A DNA stretch of 64,000 nucleotides, taken from the NCBI GenBank assembly GCA_000092065.1, contig CP000587.1; one strand, 5' to 3'. Of the stretch, positions 25,840 to 36,173 are shown piece after piece. Numbering within the stretch: the first letter of the stretch is position 1; each line of letters starts with the position of its first letter. The notes beneath the pieces are model-generated. The model was not told the origin of the DNA. It saw only the letters and a program-made list of their open reading frames with translations, and did not search any database. This stretch comes from Ostreococcus lucimarinus. Lineage: Eukaryota. The position numbers were made by a program, and so were the translations under genes.

Positions 25840-28800
25840 CTAATTCGTCATCTCCTCGCCTTCTCCTCGTAATTCTCGCCTGTGAACGATTTCTTCGGAG
25901 AATGCGCACGTTGCATCCAACAATGTCGCCGCGGCGTAGGCGATTCGCACGACTGGGAAGTCCTCTTGCGGGTTCAAGTACTCTCGGAATTGGTCTCGTT
26001 GAAGGGAGCCCTTCCAGATGGAAATGTCTCCGACGTCCTCGGGGGCGTTTTCGTCGTTATTCCAGCTATCATCGACTTCCTCGTCTTCGTCCTCGTCCTC
26101 GTCGTCGTCTTCCTCGCTATCGAGTTGTTGACGACGACGTTCTTCCACGGCTTCAGCGATGATTTCCTTCGGCAACAAAGCTGCGAGTTTTCGACGAGCG
26201 AGCTTCCACGAACTCATATCCTTACCCGTGTGCTTCAAAACGAGCGCCTCGAGCGTGGCCTTCGAGAGTTCATCCGGCGCTTCCGGTTGCTTTTCACGCT
26301 CAATCTTTTCACGCTCAGCCGCAAGCTTGAACTCTTTGATTTGGCATTCAAAGTATTTCTCCTCGAGGTGAAGAAGACTTTCGGCAACGTACGAGTTATG
26401 GGCATTCTTCAACTTGTTGCGGAACGTTCTCCAGTCAACGTCGGTTTCCAGACCAATTCGCTCAGCGTTGATGCACATAGTGTCCATGCACTTTCTCGCA
26501 GCGGTGATGACTGCACCTTCGTCGCAAGCGAGATCAGCAGCGGGACGCGTGGCGACGTACGCGTCGTTGGACGGAGCCGTGCGAGATCTCGCAGAACGAC
26601 GTTCACCACCCTCAAGCTGCGCCGCAAATCGCGCATCACGTTCTTCTTGAGTTTCTGCCAATAGTTTGAACGCGTCAGCGATGGTAACCTTGCGCTTCTC
26701 GAGCTGCTTTTTCAAACCGAGTTCGCGAACACCTTTTTCGCACAGCGCATCCACCAAAGCGTCGACGGCTTCCTGCGAGTTGTACACGCCCCATTCGCCC
26801 GAGAACGACTGCACGTACACGGCATCTTTACGTCCGCCAAAATTCCACCAGTAAGTCGCGAGATGTCGATCCATACCGAGAGGTCTCGCTCGAACCTGGC
26901 ACGCCGCGTCTTCCGCCGCGCGCTTAATCTCGCGATCCCGACTGCGCTTCTCCTCCAGCTCGAGCTTCCGTCGGGCCTCTTCTTCGACAGCTTCTTTCTT
27001 GCGCTTGATCTCCGACTCAGTCGCTTTTTGCATGCGGACTTCCTTCGAACGATCGCTCTCGTATTCTTCGCGTTCGCGATCGAGTTCTGCTTGAACCTTG
27101 GCGACTTCGTTCTTCCAAGCCATGAGCGTGTGTCTGTCATCCGGATGGCCCTTGTACTCGCGAAGGCGTTCCGGCAGCTCAAACATAGGCTCAGACGCAT
27201 CCTCCATCGTGACATCTTCCTTGACTTCGTCGTCCTTGGTTTCTTTTGCGTCTTCTTCGATCTTGACATCGCCCTCTGGGTTTGCGCCCACCTTGGCCGC
27301 CTCAGCCGCCGCTTTCGCGGCGCGTTTCTCCTCGGCGATTCGTTCACGCTCTCGTTTTCGCTCTTCTTTCTCAGCCTTTTCAACGATACGTCGGTTTGCG
27401 ACAGCTTTAAGTCTGGCCTCGTGGCGTTCGCTTCGGAAAATGTCCGCTTGCTGCATGCGTGACGAGATGATGTCGCGGCACACGTCGCCTTGAAGTGCCA
27501 AATCGGCCAAAGCTCGAAGTAAAACGAGATGATCGGCGTTTGAAAGTTTGTCCCACGTACTCTTTGCAAGTTTGGTGGCGACCTCGACCGCTTTTTTTCC
27601 GTGTGCTTCTTCACCCCCGTGCAAGATGAGTTTGCGGGCCACCTCCGGCCAGTTGAGATTGTTCACGATGCGGTTCAAACGCGCCACGAAACGCCCAGGA
27701 CCACTCGCCGCGGGAGTCAATGCTTCGTAAATGATGCTCAAGTATAGCTCGGCGAGCGTCGATCGAGACTTGGGGGTATTCTCAAACATCGCGTTCACGC
27801 CTTCGACATTGGTCAATCCTTGCGGCGCTTGAATTCCAGCGCCAAAAACGCTGATAAACTCGGCGACGAAAGCTTCTTCCGCGAGGACTTGCCCGTTTGC
27901 CAACGGAACCGGAGCTGGAATTGGTTTGAGCAAGGTTTCTAGAGGTACACCCGTCTCCTTTGACTCCTCCGCGAGCTCGACGGCTAAAATGTCGTCGTCT
28001 AAAGGATAGCGCGCAGCCTTTTCCTTGGCCGCCTTTTCCTCCGCCTTGGCCTTGTCTCGTTCGGCTTTTTCAGTTTCGCGCTGTTTCGCTCGCTCAGCCT
28101 TTTCTTCTTCTTTCAAGCGGTTCTTCTCCTCAATCAGACGAGCGCGTTCGGCGTCGCGTTCTCCCTTGGCCATGAGCCTGAGTTTTTCCCGTTCAATCTG
28201 ATTTTCAATCGCGGCCAACTTTTGCCCGAAGAGCTGCGTCATTTTCTCGTCGAGGGCGGTGATTTTCTCATTCACAGCCTTGATCGCGTCTTCACCTTCG
28301 ACTGAGGCCTTTTCTTTCATCAATTGAATTCGATCTCGAGTGATTTCGTGGACGATTTCTGCGCGCTCGACGGTGCCTTCCGCCAACCTGAGCTGTTGCT
28401 GAGCCTTGCTGACGGCGCTCGTGAGCTGTTCGCGCTTTTTGTTCAACTTCGTCGACGCTTCGCGAATTTCCTTCTTGCGTTGCGACACGTACACGTCCTG
28501 CGCTCTCTTCACACGAGCGCGCTCGGTTTCCACAGATTTCCTCCACGCGATTAAAAACTTGCGATCATCCGGTCCCGTGTACACGCGGTACTCCTTATCC
28601 AGGACGTCGCTCGGCGCCTCTGGCTCGCACAAGATGTCTTCGGCACTTTTCGACTGCACGACGCTATCCGTCGAAGGATTGGCTTCGAACTCTTCCAACG
28701 CCTTGCTAGCCCTTTCAAGCGCGTTCTTCGCCTTCTCCACCTGCTGCTTGGCCTTTTTCAAGTCGCCCGCGTTCTGCTTGAGCTTTTCCGTCCACGCCAA

Positions 28801-29481
28801 AAGCATGGCCTTTTCGTCGCCGTCCATCGACTCTAAAATCGCGGAGAACCCTCCTCGCACGCGCGGTGCTTTCGCCTTTCTCTCTCTCGGTTCCTTCTCG
28901 CTCTCCGCCTTGCGCTTGGTTCCCGCGGGCAGTCCGACGTGCGCGCGCAACGCCCACTTGTTTTTCGTCCCCGGCATCCGCACGAAGCACTGATCGTGCG
29001 ACAACCCACTGGCCAACACCGTCTTATTCTTCCCCACGTTCACTCCAGCCTTGGTGCCCATCTCGTAAAGTTCGTTCGCGTCCATCAATTTCGGCCACGC
29101 CGCCTCGAGCATTTTAAACACCTCCGCCTTCAGCGTCCCCGCCTTGAACCGCGCTCGATCGGCATCGATGGAAAACGCGCTCGCCTCTACCGCGGGCAAA
29201 CCTTCAACGTCCGCCCCCTCGATCCCACCGACCTGCGCGCCGCGCTCCGTCGATCGCGACGCCCGTCTTCGTCCGCGCGAGACTTCAAAGTCGTCGTCGT
29301 CGTCGTCGTCGTCCCCGTCGCCGTCCTCTCCATCTTCCTCCTCCTCCTCCTCGTCCGAGTCTTCGACGTTCGCGTCGTCATCATCTTTCGCGCCGTCGTC
29401 GCCCGCTCGCGCCCGCGCCGCGTCCCCCCCTCGCGCGTCGTCGTCGTCGTCGTCGCGTCGCGCATCTCTCGCGAGCGTCAT
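25840..29481 (-). CDS. DDT/WHIM-domain chromatin protein (ISWI-associated Itc1/BAZ/DDR-like), with acidic and coiled-coil regions
   Basis: WHIM/WSD-type motifs are present: LSTWDKLSNADHLVLLRALADLALQ and RPLGMDRHLATYWWNFGGRKDAVYVQSF. A DDT-like segment is EAFVAEFISVFGAGIQAP. There are long K/E/R coiled-coil tracts and D/E runs. The track ORF opens at 29676 (R-rich). I chose the ATG at 29481 (MTLARDA). Start is uncertain. Confidence 0.55.
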   Translation of the reverse strand: MTLARDARRDDDDDDARGGDAARARAGDDGAKDDDDANVEDSDEEEEEEDGEDGDGDDDDDDDDFEVSRGRRRASRSTERGAQVGGIEGADVEGLPAVEASAFSIDADRARFKAGTLKAEVFKMLEAAWPKLMDANELYEMGTKAGVNVGKNKTVLASGLSHDQCFVRMPGTKNKWALRAHVGLPAGTKRKAESEKEPRERKAKAPRVRGGFSAILESMDGDEKAMLLAWTEKLKQNAGDLKKAKQQVEKAKNALERASKALEEFEANPSTDSVVQSKSAEDILCEPEAPSDVLDKEYRVYTGPDDRKFLIAWRKSVETERARVKRAQDVYVSQRKKEIREASTKLNKKREQLTSAVSKAQQQLRLAEGTVERAEIVHEITRDRIQLMKEKASVEGEDAIKAVNEKITALDEKMTQLFGQKLAAIENQIEREKLRLMAKGERDAERARLIEEKNRLKEEEKAERAKQRETEKAERDKAKAEEKAAKEKAARYPLDDDILAVELAEESKETGVPLETLLKPIPAPVPLANGQVLAEEAFVAEFISVFGAGIQAPQGLTNVEGVNAMFENTPKSRSTLAELYLSIIYEALTPAASGPGRFVARLNRIVNNLNWPEVARKLILHGGEEAHGKKAVEVATKLAKSTWDKLSNADHLVLLRALADLALQGDVCRDIISSRMQQADIFRSERHEARLKAVANRRIVEKAEKEERKRERERIAEEKRAAKAAAEAAKVGANPEGDVKIEEDAKETKDDEVKEDVTMEDASEPMFELPERLREYKGHPDDRHTLMAWKNEVAKVQAELDREREEYESDRSKEVRMQKATESEIKRKKEAVEEEARRKLELEEKRSRDREIKRAAEDAACQVRARPLGMDRHLATYWWNFGGRKDAVYVQSFSGEWGVYNSQEAVDALVDALCEKGVRELGLKKQLEKRKVTIADAFKLLAETQEERDARFAAQLEGGERRSARSRTAPSNDAYVATRPAADLACDEGAVITAARKCMDTMCINAERIGLETDVDWRTFRNKLKNAHNSYVAESLLHLEEKYFECQIKEFKLAAEREKIEREKQPEAPDELSKATLEALVLKHTGKDMSSWKLARRKLAALLPKEIIAEAVEERRRQQLDSEEDDDEDEDEDEEVDDSWNNDENAPEDVGDISIWKGSLQRDQFREYLNPQEDFPVVRIAYAAATLLDATCAFSEEIVHRRELRGEGEEMTN

Positions 29482-29751
29482 CGCGCGTCCCTCGCGATCG
29501 CGCGCGTCGTTCCCGCGATCGCGCGCGTCGCTCGCTCGCGTTCCGCCGCGCGCGGACGATCGAGACCGACGCGCGCGCTCGCGCGTGTCGCGCCTCGGCG
29601 CGGCGTCGTGTGTCGCCGCGCGCGTCGCGCGTCGCCGCGCGCGGTCGTCGCGGTCGTGTTTCCAAATTCTACACACGGACCATTCGCGAGGGTTTAGGGT
29701 TTAGACGCGCGCGCGCCGATCGCGATCGACGTCACGCCACGACTCGACGCG

Positions 29752-30435
29752 ATGCGCGCGGCGACGACGACCCTCGCGCCCGCGCGCGCGACGACGCGCA
29801 GGACGCGAACGACGCGGACCGATGCGCGACGCGCGGTGACGCGCGCGGCGACGAAAGCGACGACGGACGTGACGACGACGACGCGGCGGGAACTCGCGGC
29901 GAAGACGCTCGCGGCGATGGCGCTCACGGCGACGCCGACGATCGGCGCGTTCGCGGGACCGGCGCACGCGCTGAGCGGGATGAACGCGGTGAAGGACACG
30001 CGCGAGGGGTACGAGTTCCTGTACCCGGTGGGATGGCAAGAGATTCAGGTGGACGGGCAGGCGGCGGTGTACAAGGATATCATCGAACCCCTGGAGAGCG
30101 TGGCGTTGAACGTGTACCCGACGCAACGGGAGAGCGTGAAGGACATCGGAACGGCGGATGAGGTGGCGAAGACGCTGGTCGGGAAGGCGCTCACCGCGCC
30201 GGGGGCGCAGGCGAAGGTGCTGGCGACGAGCGAACGCACGGATAAGGACGGACACCTGTATTACCAGTTTGAGTTTGTCACGAAGACGCAGAGCTACGAG
30301 AGACACGCGCTGACGGTGGTGACGGTGACGCAAGGAAAGTTCTACACGCTCACCACGGGCTCGAGCGAGAAGCGCTGGAAGAAGATGAAGGAACGCCTTC
30401 TCGCGACGGTTGGCTCGTTCAGCGTCTACTATTAA
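29752..30435 (+). CDS. PsbP-domain (PsbP-like) thylakoid lumen protein with Tat-type presequence
   Basis: The mature part GYEFLYPVGWQEIQVDG...YKDIIEPLESVALNVYP...YQFEF...KFYTLTTGSSEKRW is the PsbP fold. The presequence has TTRRELAAK followed by the hydrophobic stretch TLAAMALTATPTIGAFAGPAHA, a twin-arginine lumen-targeting type. Confidence 0.75.
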   Translation: MRAATTTLAPARATTRRTRTTRTDARRAVTRAATKATTDVTTTTRRELAAKTLAAMALTATPTIGAFAGPAHALSGMNAVKDTREGYEFLYPVGWQEIQVDGQAAVYKDIIEPLESVALNVYPTQRESVKDIGTADEVAKTLVGKALTAPGAQAKVLATSERTDKDGHLYYQFEFVTKTQSYERHALTVVTVTQGKFYTLTTGSSEKRWKKMKERLLATVGSFSVYY

Positions 30436-30544
30436 ACGCGTAGGCGTCGCCGCGAACGAGCGCTTCTATCGCGAGCCGCAGCTTCCTTTGAAATTATTGA
30501 TATGAAATAATACAAACACAAACAAAATCAACCATCGCGAACCA

Positions 30545-32077
30545 TCATACACTGCGCGGTTTCGGCGCGCGCTTACCACCGCCGCGTCGCGGAGCGCATT
30601 CGGGCGCGGCGCGAACGACTTCGCCCCCCTTCGTCGCGATGTCGTTGATCTTCACCCCGAGATTCCTCTCGAAACGCTCGAGCACGAACGCCTCTTGCGG
30701 CTCCGCGATGGTAACCACCACACCAGGGCTTCCCATGCGCCCAGTTCGCCCGGCGCGGTGCACGTAATGGGTCTCGTCCGTCGGCAGCTCGAGGTTAAAG
30801 ACGGCGTCGCAGTCGTCCACGTCCAATCCGCGCGCGGCGAGGTCGGAGACCACGAGCGCGCGAAACTCGCCGCGACGGAACTTGGCGAGTTCTTTTTGTC
30901 GTTCCATTTTATCCATTCCCCCGTGCAAGACACCCACTGGCATGCGCCGCGCGCTGAGTTTAGCCTGGACCTCTTCCAAGCGTCGACCAAAGTTGCAAAA
31001 AATCAACGCACGTTGCACGTCGGTGGCGTGAATGGCGCGACGAAGTTCGTCCACTTTGTGTCGGCGCTCAGAAATCACAGAGCAGTGCGTGATGTGCGGA
31101 GGGAGGCTGACGACGCCCTGCATGCGCTCCTGCCGCGCCGCCGCCGACGCGCTCTTCTCGTCTCTCGCGTCGGCGACGTCCGCTTCCTCTACTTCCTCGT
31201 CCTCCCCGGGCGTCGTCAAAGCCGTCGGCGACGGCTTGTCGTACGTCGCGACGATGTGCGTCAGGTTTGGCGCGAGATACGAGTACGCATCGAGCGTTTC
31301 TTGCTTCAACGTCGCGCTCACGATGACCGTCTGTCGTCCGCCCGGCACCGCTTTGCCCGTGTGTTCGCTGATTCTCGCCATGTCTCTTCGAAAGTTACTC
31401 GCCAACAGATCGTCCGCCTCATCGACGACCAACGTTTTCACCCCGTGCGTTTGTAAAATGCCCGTGCGCGAGAGCTCGGCCAATCTTCCCGGCGTCCCGA
31501 CGACGATGAGCGGGCGCTTTCGTCGAATCGCCTCCTCCTGCCTCTTCGCGTTCGCCCCTCCGATCGCCTGCTGCGTGATCTCCCGCCCCAGATCTCCCAA
31601 CAACCGCTCAACCTGTCGCACGATCTGCATCGCCAACTCCTGCGACGGCGCGACGACGAGCGCTCGCACGCCGTTCCCCGCGTCTCTCCGCACCGTCCCC
31701 GTCTCGTCGTCCACGATGTCGCAAATCACCGGCAGCAGATACGCCAGCGTCTTCCCGCTCCCCGTGTGCGACTGCATCGCCACGTTCTCCCCCCGCGCGA
31801 TCGCCGGCATCGCCGCGCGCTGCGCGATCGACGGCGTCTCGACGCCCGCGCGCTCGAGCGCGCGCGTCAGCCGCGCGCCCACCCCCAGATCCCTAAACGT
31901 CGTCCGCGCCGCCGCCTCCGCGCCGTCCGTCGTCGCGCTCGCCCGTCCCGCGTCCCGCGCGAGTCCACGCGCGTTCGTTCGCGCCGCGCCGTCGCGCGTC
32001 GTCTCTCGTCGCGCCGTCGCGCGTCGCAGACGGCGCGCCCATCGTCTCGCCGCCGTCGGCGTCGCGCGCGTCAGCAT
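30545..32077 (-). CDS. DEAD-box ATP-dependent RNA helicase (organellar-type presequence)
   Basis: Motifs present are TPSIAQRAAMP (Q), AMQSHTGSGKT (I), PGRL, VVDEADDLL (DEAD), SAT, ALIFCNF and HRAGRTGR (VI). The track ORF opens at 32575 (R/H-rich junk overlapping the DGK 5' end). I chose the in-frame ATG at 32077 (MLTRATPTAARRW). Confidence 0.85.
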   Translation of the reverse strand: MLTRATPTAARRWARRLRRATARRETTRDGAARTNARGLARDAGRASATTDGAEAAARTTFRDLGVGARLTRALERAGVETPSIAQRAAMPAIARGENVAMQSHTGSGKTLAYLLPVICDIVDDETGTVRRDAGNGVRALVVAPSQELAMQIVRQVERLLGDLGREITQQAIGGANAKRQEEAIRRKRPLIVVGTPGRLAELSRTGILQTHGVKTLVVDEADDLLASNFRRDMARISEHTGKAVPGGRQTVIVSATLKQETLDAYSYLAPNLTHIVATYDKPSPTALTTPGEDEEVEEADVADARDEKSASAAARQERMQGVVSLPPHITHCSVISERRHKVDELRRAIHATDVQRALIFCNFGRRLEEVQAKLSARRMPVGVLHGGMDKMERQKELAKFRRGEFRALVVSDLAARGLDVDDCDAVFNLELPTDETHYVHRAGRTGRMGSPGVVVTIAEPQEAFVLERFERNLGVKINDIATKGGEVVRAAPECAPRRGGGKRAPKPRSV

Positions 32078-32248
32078 CGCGTCGCCGCGCGTCGCTCGCG
32101 CGTCGCGCCGCGCCGTCGCGCGTCCGTCGCGGTCGTCCGAGACGTTCGAGACGCTCGGCGCGCTCGCTCGGCGCGCGCGCGTCTCGCGGCGGCACTTCGC
32201 GGCGCGACGCCTCGCGCGTCGGGCGATTTTCCGCAAAGCGAGCGCCCC

Positions 32249-34024
32249 ATGGCGCCCGGCGCGAACGCGAGCGTCATCGACGCCGTGCGGCGCGCGAGAG
32301 AGGCGTCGCGGACGTGGATCATCGATCTCGACGCGCGGTGCGCCGCGAGCGACGCGAACGCGTCGTCGCTCACGGGATGGATGCTGAACCTGACGGCGGT
32401 GGCGGAGCGCGCGCCGCTGCGCGCGTACGTCCCGCGGTGGACGCCCGAGCTCTGGGTGCGGATGACGTGCACGGTGACGGCGGCGCTGATCGGCGCGCAG
32501 TGGGTGCTGGTGAAACTGGTGCGGTTGCGACGGGCGCAGCAGGGGTGGTGGTATTACCTGAGACGGTCGCGACACGCGCGGTTGATTTTACCGCCCGAGT
32601 GCGTGACGGAGGCGCCGATGCGATCGCCGCTGAACCGGGTGACGAGGAAGATAAACAAGTACATAAAAAAGAAGGGTGGACCGTTGGGACGAATGTCGAG
32701 CGGTGTGGACGCGTATTCGCCGATTTTGAGCGTGGACACGGAGGCGTTGCCGGAGGACGCGATGCCGCTGTTGGTGTTCGTGAACTCGAAGAGCGGGGGG
32801 CAGATGGGAACGTACATGCTCGAGTCGCTGCGGTCGAATTTAAATCCGCTGCAAGTGGTGGATTTACACAACACCGGTCCAAAGGCGGCGTTGAAGCTCT
32901 TCGCCAACGTGCCAAACGTACGAATTTTAGTCGCGGGGGGAGACGGAACGGTGGCGTGGATTTTGCAAACGCTCGACGAAATCGACGTTCCGAAGAAGCC
33001 ACCGGTGGGTGTTTTGCCTCTGGGCACCGGGAACGACTTGGCGAGAGTACTGGGATGGGGTGGTGGGTACTCGAACGAGCTCATCTCTGAACTTTTAGTG
33101 CAAGTGCTCGAGGCGCACCCCGCGCTGCTGGATCGCTGGCAGGTGGAAATCACCGCCAACGAGCCGCCGAAAACGCCAAGCAAGTTCGCATCCGCGGCTG
33201 GGTTACCGGCGGCGCCGCCCTTGCCGAAGAAGAAGGAGATTGTTTTCCAAAACTATCTCGGCATCGGCGTAGACGCGCAGGCGGCGCTGCGCTTCCATAG
33301 AACTCGCAACTTGCGACCTCAATTGTTTTTTAGCGCGATGACGAACAAACTGCTGTATGGAGCGTTCGGGGCAAAAGATGTCCTCGAGCACTCTTGCGCA
33401 GGTTTGCACCGAAGCATTAGAATTTACGCCGATGGCGTGCGACAGACGATTCCGCCCGAAGCCGAGGGAATCATTTTGCTCAACATCAACTCCTTCGCGG
33501 GCGGCGTGCGGATGTGGGAACGCGACGGGTCGTACGGTGTGTCTTCGATGCAGGACGGCATGGTGGACATCGTCGTCGTGCACGGTGCCTTGCACTTGGG
33601 TCAGCTGAACATTGGCGTCGACAAACCCGTGCGCATTTGTCAAGCGCGGGAAGTCCGCGTCGTCGTCGATCGCAAAATCCCCATGCACGTCGACGGCGAG
33701 CCGTGGGAGCAACCCGCGTGCACGATGGATATTAAACTGAGAAATAAAGCCACGATGCTCCGTCGAACCGCGGACGTGCGCGGGATGACGGTGATCGAGA
33801 TGCAAAACACCCTCGATTGGGCGTGCAAAGAGGACATAATCTCCGAGCCCCAGCGCGAGCAAATCATGGTCGAAGCCTACCGCCGCGCCGACGCCCGCTC
33901 GATGGAAAACGGCCATCGCCGTTCGGGTTTGCACCGCCGATCGGGCAGCATCGGCAACCTCTTAAACGCCAAGAGTTCGTCTTACAGCCAGCTCTTCGCC
34001 GGCGACGGCTTCGGTCTCGGGTAG
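32249..34024 (+). CDS. Diacylglycerol kinase (plant-type, no C1 domains)
   Basis: The DAGKc segment is PLLVFVNSKSGGQMG...RILVAGGDGTVAWIL...PVGVLPLGTGNDLARVLGWGGGY. The DAGKa segment is NYLGIGVDAQAA..., ILLNINSFAGGVRMW and MHVDGEPWEQ. ATG at 32249 (MAPGANAS) is in frame with the track ORF. Confidence 0.85.
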   Translation: MAPGANASVIDAVRRAREASRTWIIDLDARCAASDANASSLTGWMLNLTAVAERAPLRAYVPRWTPELWVRMTCTVTAALIGAQWVLVKLVRLRRAQQGWWYYLRRSRHARLILPPECVTEAPMRSPLNRVTRKINKYIKKKGGPLGRMSSGVDAYSPILSVDTEALPEDAMPLLVFVNSKSGGQMGTYMLESLRSNLNPLQVVDLHNTGPKAALKLFANVPNVRILVAGGDGTVAWILQTLDEIDVPKKPPVGVLPLGTGNDLARVLGWGGGYSNELISELLVQVLEAHPALLDRWQVEITANEPPKTPSKFASAAGLPAAPPLPKKKEIVFQNYLGIGVDAQAALRFHRTRNLRPQLFFSAMTNKLLYGAFGAKDVLEHSCAGLHRSIRIYADGVRQTIPPEAEGIILLNINSFAGGVRMWERDGSYGVSSMQDGMVDIVVVHGALHLGQLNIGVDKPVRICQAREVRVVVDRKIPMHVDGEPWEQPACTMDIKLRNKATMLRRTADVRGMTVIEMQNTLDWACKEDIISEPQREQIMVEAYRRADARSMENGHRRSGLHRRSGSIGNLLNAKSSSYSQLFAGDGFGLG

Positions 34025-34110
34025 TCTTTCAGCGTTGTAACATATCTCGGCTCTCGCGCGCGCCGTCCGCGCCTTCGTCTCCTCTCGAGCGCCAGACCAA
34101 CCCTCGCGCG

Positions 34111-34701
34111 ATGGCGAAGTGGGGCGAGGGCGACAGCCGATGGATCGTCGACGAGCGACGCGACGGCACGAACATCAACGGTTGGCACTGGGAGGTGCGT
34201 CCTCGACGCGCCGCGCTCGGATCGCGCGTCGAACGCGCACTGACGACGAACGAACGACGACGACGACGACAGGAACGAAACATGATGAAGTGGTCTCGAG
34301 AACGCATCGAAAGCTTGCTCGTCGGCGTCGATCTCGACGTCCCGGTGAGCGAGGGTCGAGCGACGGTGACGGAACTGTCGAAATTCGAGGGAGACTCGAG
34401 CGTGAGCACGCGCAAGGGAGGTAAAAAGTTTGGATGCTTTGACCTGAGCTTCACGGCGAAGTGGCGCGGCGTCGTCGGCGTCGCGGCGGATTCGACGGAG
34501 GATGAAGACGAGGTGAAGGGGGAGATTGTGGTGAAAGAATTTTGCTCGACGAATGATGAGGATGAATACGACTTCGCGGTGTCGGCGAAGGATGGGAAGT
34601 CCGAGTCGAAGGCGTTGTTGAAATCTCGCGTCGAAAAGAGCGTCGAGGCTATTTTGCTTCCAAAGCTTCGCCAGTTTTGCGAAGAGTTGAAGGAGATGTG
34701 A
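34111..34701 (+). CDS. Activator of Hsp90 ATPase N-terminal domain protein (Aha1_N / Hch1-like), 2 exons
   Basis: Exon 1 34111..34194 (MAKWGEGDSRWIVDERRDGTNINGWHWE) matches Aha1 MAKWGEGDPRWIVEERADATNVNNWHWTE. Exon 2 34273..34701 (ERNMMKWSRERIESLL...VTELSKFEGDSSVSTRKGGKKFGCFDLSF) matches RDASNWSTDKLKTLF...VTEVSKLDGEASINNRKGK. The intervening 78 nt (34195..34272) carry GTGCGT, CACTGACGA and CGACAG and are in frame without a stop. I treat them as an intron on signal strength. Confidence 0.7.
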   Translation: MAKWGEGDSRWIVDERRDGTNINGWHWEVRPRRAALGSRVERALTTNERRRRRQERNMMKWSRERIESLLVGVDLDVPVSEGRATVTELSKFEGDSSVSTRKGGKKFGCFDLSFTAKWRGVVGVAADSTEDEDEVKGEIVVKEFCSTNDEDEYDFAVSAKDGKSESKALLKSRVEKSVEAILLPKLRQFCEELKEM

Positions 34702-34834
34702 ACGACTGAACGACATAGCGATCGGAATTAGCAACGAAGATCACACCACGATTATTTACCGTATAGCACGTTGTACATGTTATTTTCTTTGATTAAAAGA
34801 AAAGCGCGGCTACAAGGGTACAAGCGCGGCGTCG

Positions 34835-35752
34835 CTAGAGGGTCGCCTTGAGACTATCGCTCAGGCTTTCCACGTTCGTATCGTCGCTGTCTCCGCTATC
34901 GCTGCGCGTGCGTTGATTGCGCAATCGAACCTTGGTGCGTTCAGCGTTGATCTCGAATTTATCGCGATGCGAGTCGAAAAATTCCAGATACGTCTCCGGC
35001 ATCGTCACGGGCTTGCGACATCTGCCGCTCACGCCAGTCTTGCTTTTAATCGCCATCCACTCCCCATCTCCCACCTCCTTGAACAAAAATCCGAAGACCC
35101 TGTCCAGATACTCATCTCTCGCCGACCGGAACGCCGCACCGGTAAATTTAATCGCCGGCTGCGCTTGCTTGGCGTCCGCGCGGTTGCCAAAACTCGTCCC
35201 GCTTCTCGGATGAGGAAGCGAACCGGGCTTGAACGTCGCGCGATCACCGCGCGGAGGTCGCCCGGCGAACGCGCCGTTCCCTCCCCGAGCGCTCCCCGCG
35301 CTCGTGGCGTACGAATACACCGCCACGGGAGGTGAAGACGCAGACCGCGGCGACACGCTCTTGTCGCGTCCGTCTCCGTAACTGCTTCCGAGTTGACCGT
35401 CGCCAAAGCTCGGAGGCTTGAGCGCCGATTGCGGCGAAAGCGTGTACGACGGAGAGTCTTCGATCGATCGTTTTGATCCACTCGTCATCTCCCCCCCGCG
35501 CAAGTGCGGGGGCGTGTTCATCATGATATCGCTCGGCGAGGAAGTTTCCGGAACGAAGCGCTTCAGAGGCCCCGGCGAGCCCGCGCACTCGCGCACCACC
35601 TCCAAATCCGCCACCGTGATCCCCCGCGCCGACGGCGCCGCGCACAGCGCTTGCTCCATCGACGGCGCCTCCTCGAATAAATCATCGGGCAAATGACTCA
35701 CCAAATCATCATCGCGCCCCCTCGAAGGCGCGCTTCGACTCAAATACGCCAT
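34835..35752 (-). CDS. Hypothetical protein (Ser/Pro/Gly-rich N-half; conserved-looking C-terminal ~100 aa)
   Basis: ATG confirmed at 35752. The C-terminus KFTGAAFRSARDEYLDRVFGFLFKEVGDGEWMAIKSKTGVSGRCRKPVTMPETYLEFFDSHRDKFEI has protein-like composition. No domain recognised. Confidence 0.35.
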   Translation of the reverse strand: MAYLSRSAPSRGRDDDLVSHLPDDLFEEAPSMEQALCAAPSARGITVADLEVVRECAGSPGPLKRFVPETSSPSDIMMNTPPHLRGGEMTSGSKRSIEDSPSYTLSPQSALKPPSFGDGQLGSSYGDGRDKSVSPRSASSPPVAVYSYATSAGSARGGNGAFAGRPPRGDRATFKPGSLPHPRSGTSFGNRADAKQAQPAIKFTGAAFRSARDEYLDRVFGFLFKEVGDGEWMAIKSKTGVSGRCRKPVTMPETYLEFFDSHRDKFEINAERTKVRLRNQRTRSDSGDSDDTNVESLSDSLKATL

Positions 35753-35780
35753 CTCGCTCGCCTCGCGTCGCCCCTCGTCC

Positions 35781-36173
35781 TCACACCCAACGCCCCTCCC
35801 TCGCGTTCGCGTCCCCTACCTCCGCCTTCGCTTCGGCGCGTCGTTCAATCTCCACCGTCAGCGCGTAAATCTCTCCCTGATGCCTCGATATCGCCCTCGC
35901 GTTCTCTCGCAGCGCGTCCTCGTACGTCTCCTTATCCGCCCTCGTCGTCGCGTCGTCCGCCGCCGCCTCCTCCAGCGCCTCGCACGACCGCTCCAGGTGT
36001 TTCACCGCGTTCACCAACCTCGAGCGCTCGCGCGTCAGCGCCTCCGCGTCCCGCGTCTCCGTCGTCGTCGTCGTCGCGCCTCCGCGTCGCTTCGCCGTCG
36101 TCGTCGCGTCCGTTTCAAACCGCGCGTCGTCGTCGTCGTCGTCCGTCCCGAAGCGCGTCGTCGTCGCGCGCAT
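35781..36173 (-). CDS. Hypothetical small coiled-coil protein
   Basis: ATG confirmed at 36173. The heptad-like region is LTRERSRLVNAVKHLERSCEALEEAAADD...ETYEDALRENARAISRHQGEIYALTVEIERRAEA. It was chosen over the overlapping P/S/R-rich plus-strand N-terminal extension of the MED14 track ORF, which looks antisense. Confidence 0.3.
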   Translation of the reverse strand: MRATTTRFGTDDDDDDARFETDATTTAKRRGGATTTTTETRDAEALTRERSRLVNAVKHLERSCEALEEAAADDATTRADKETYEDALRENARAISRHQGEIYALTVEIERRAEAKAEVGDANAREGRWV

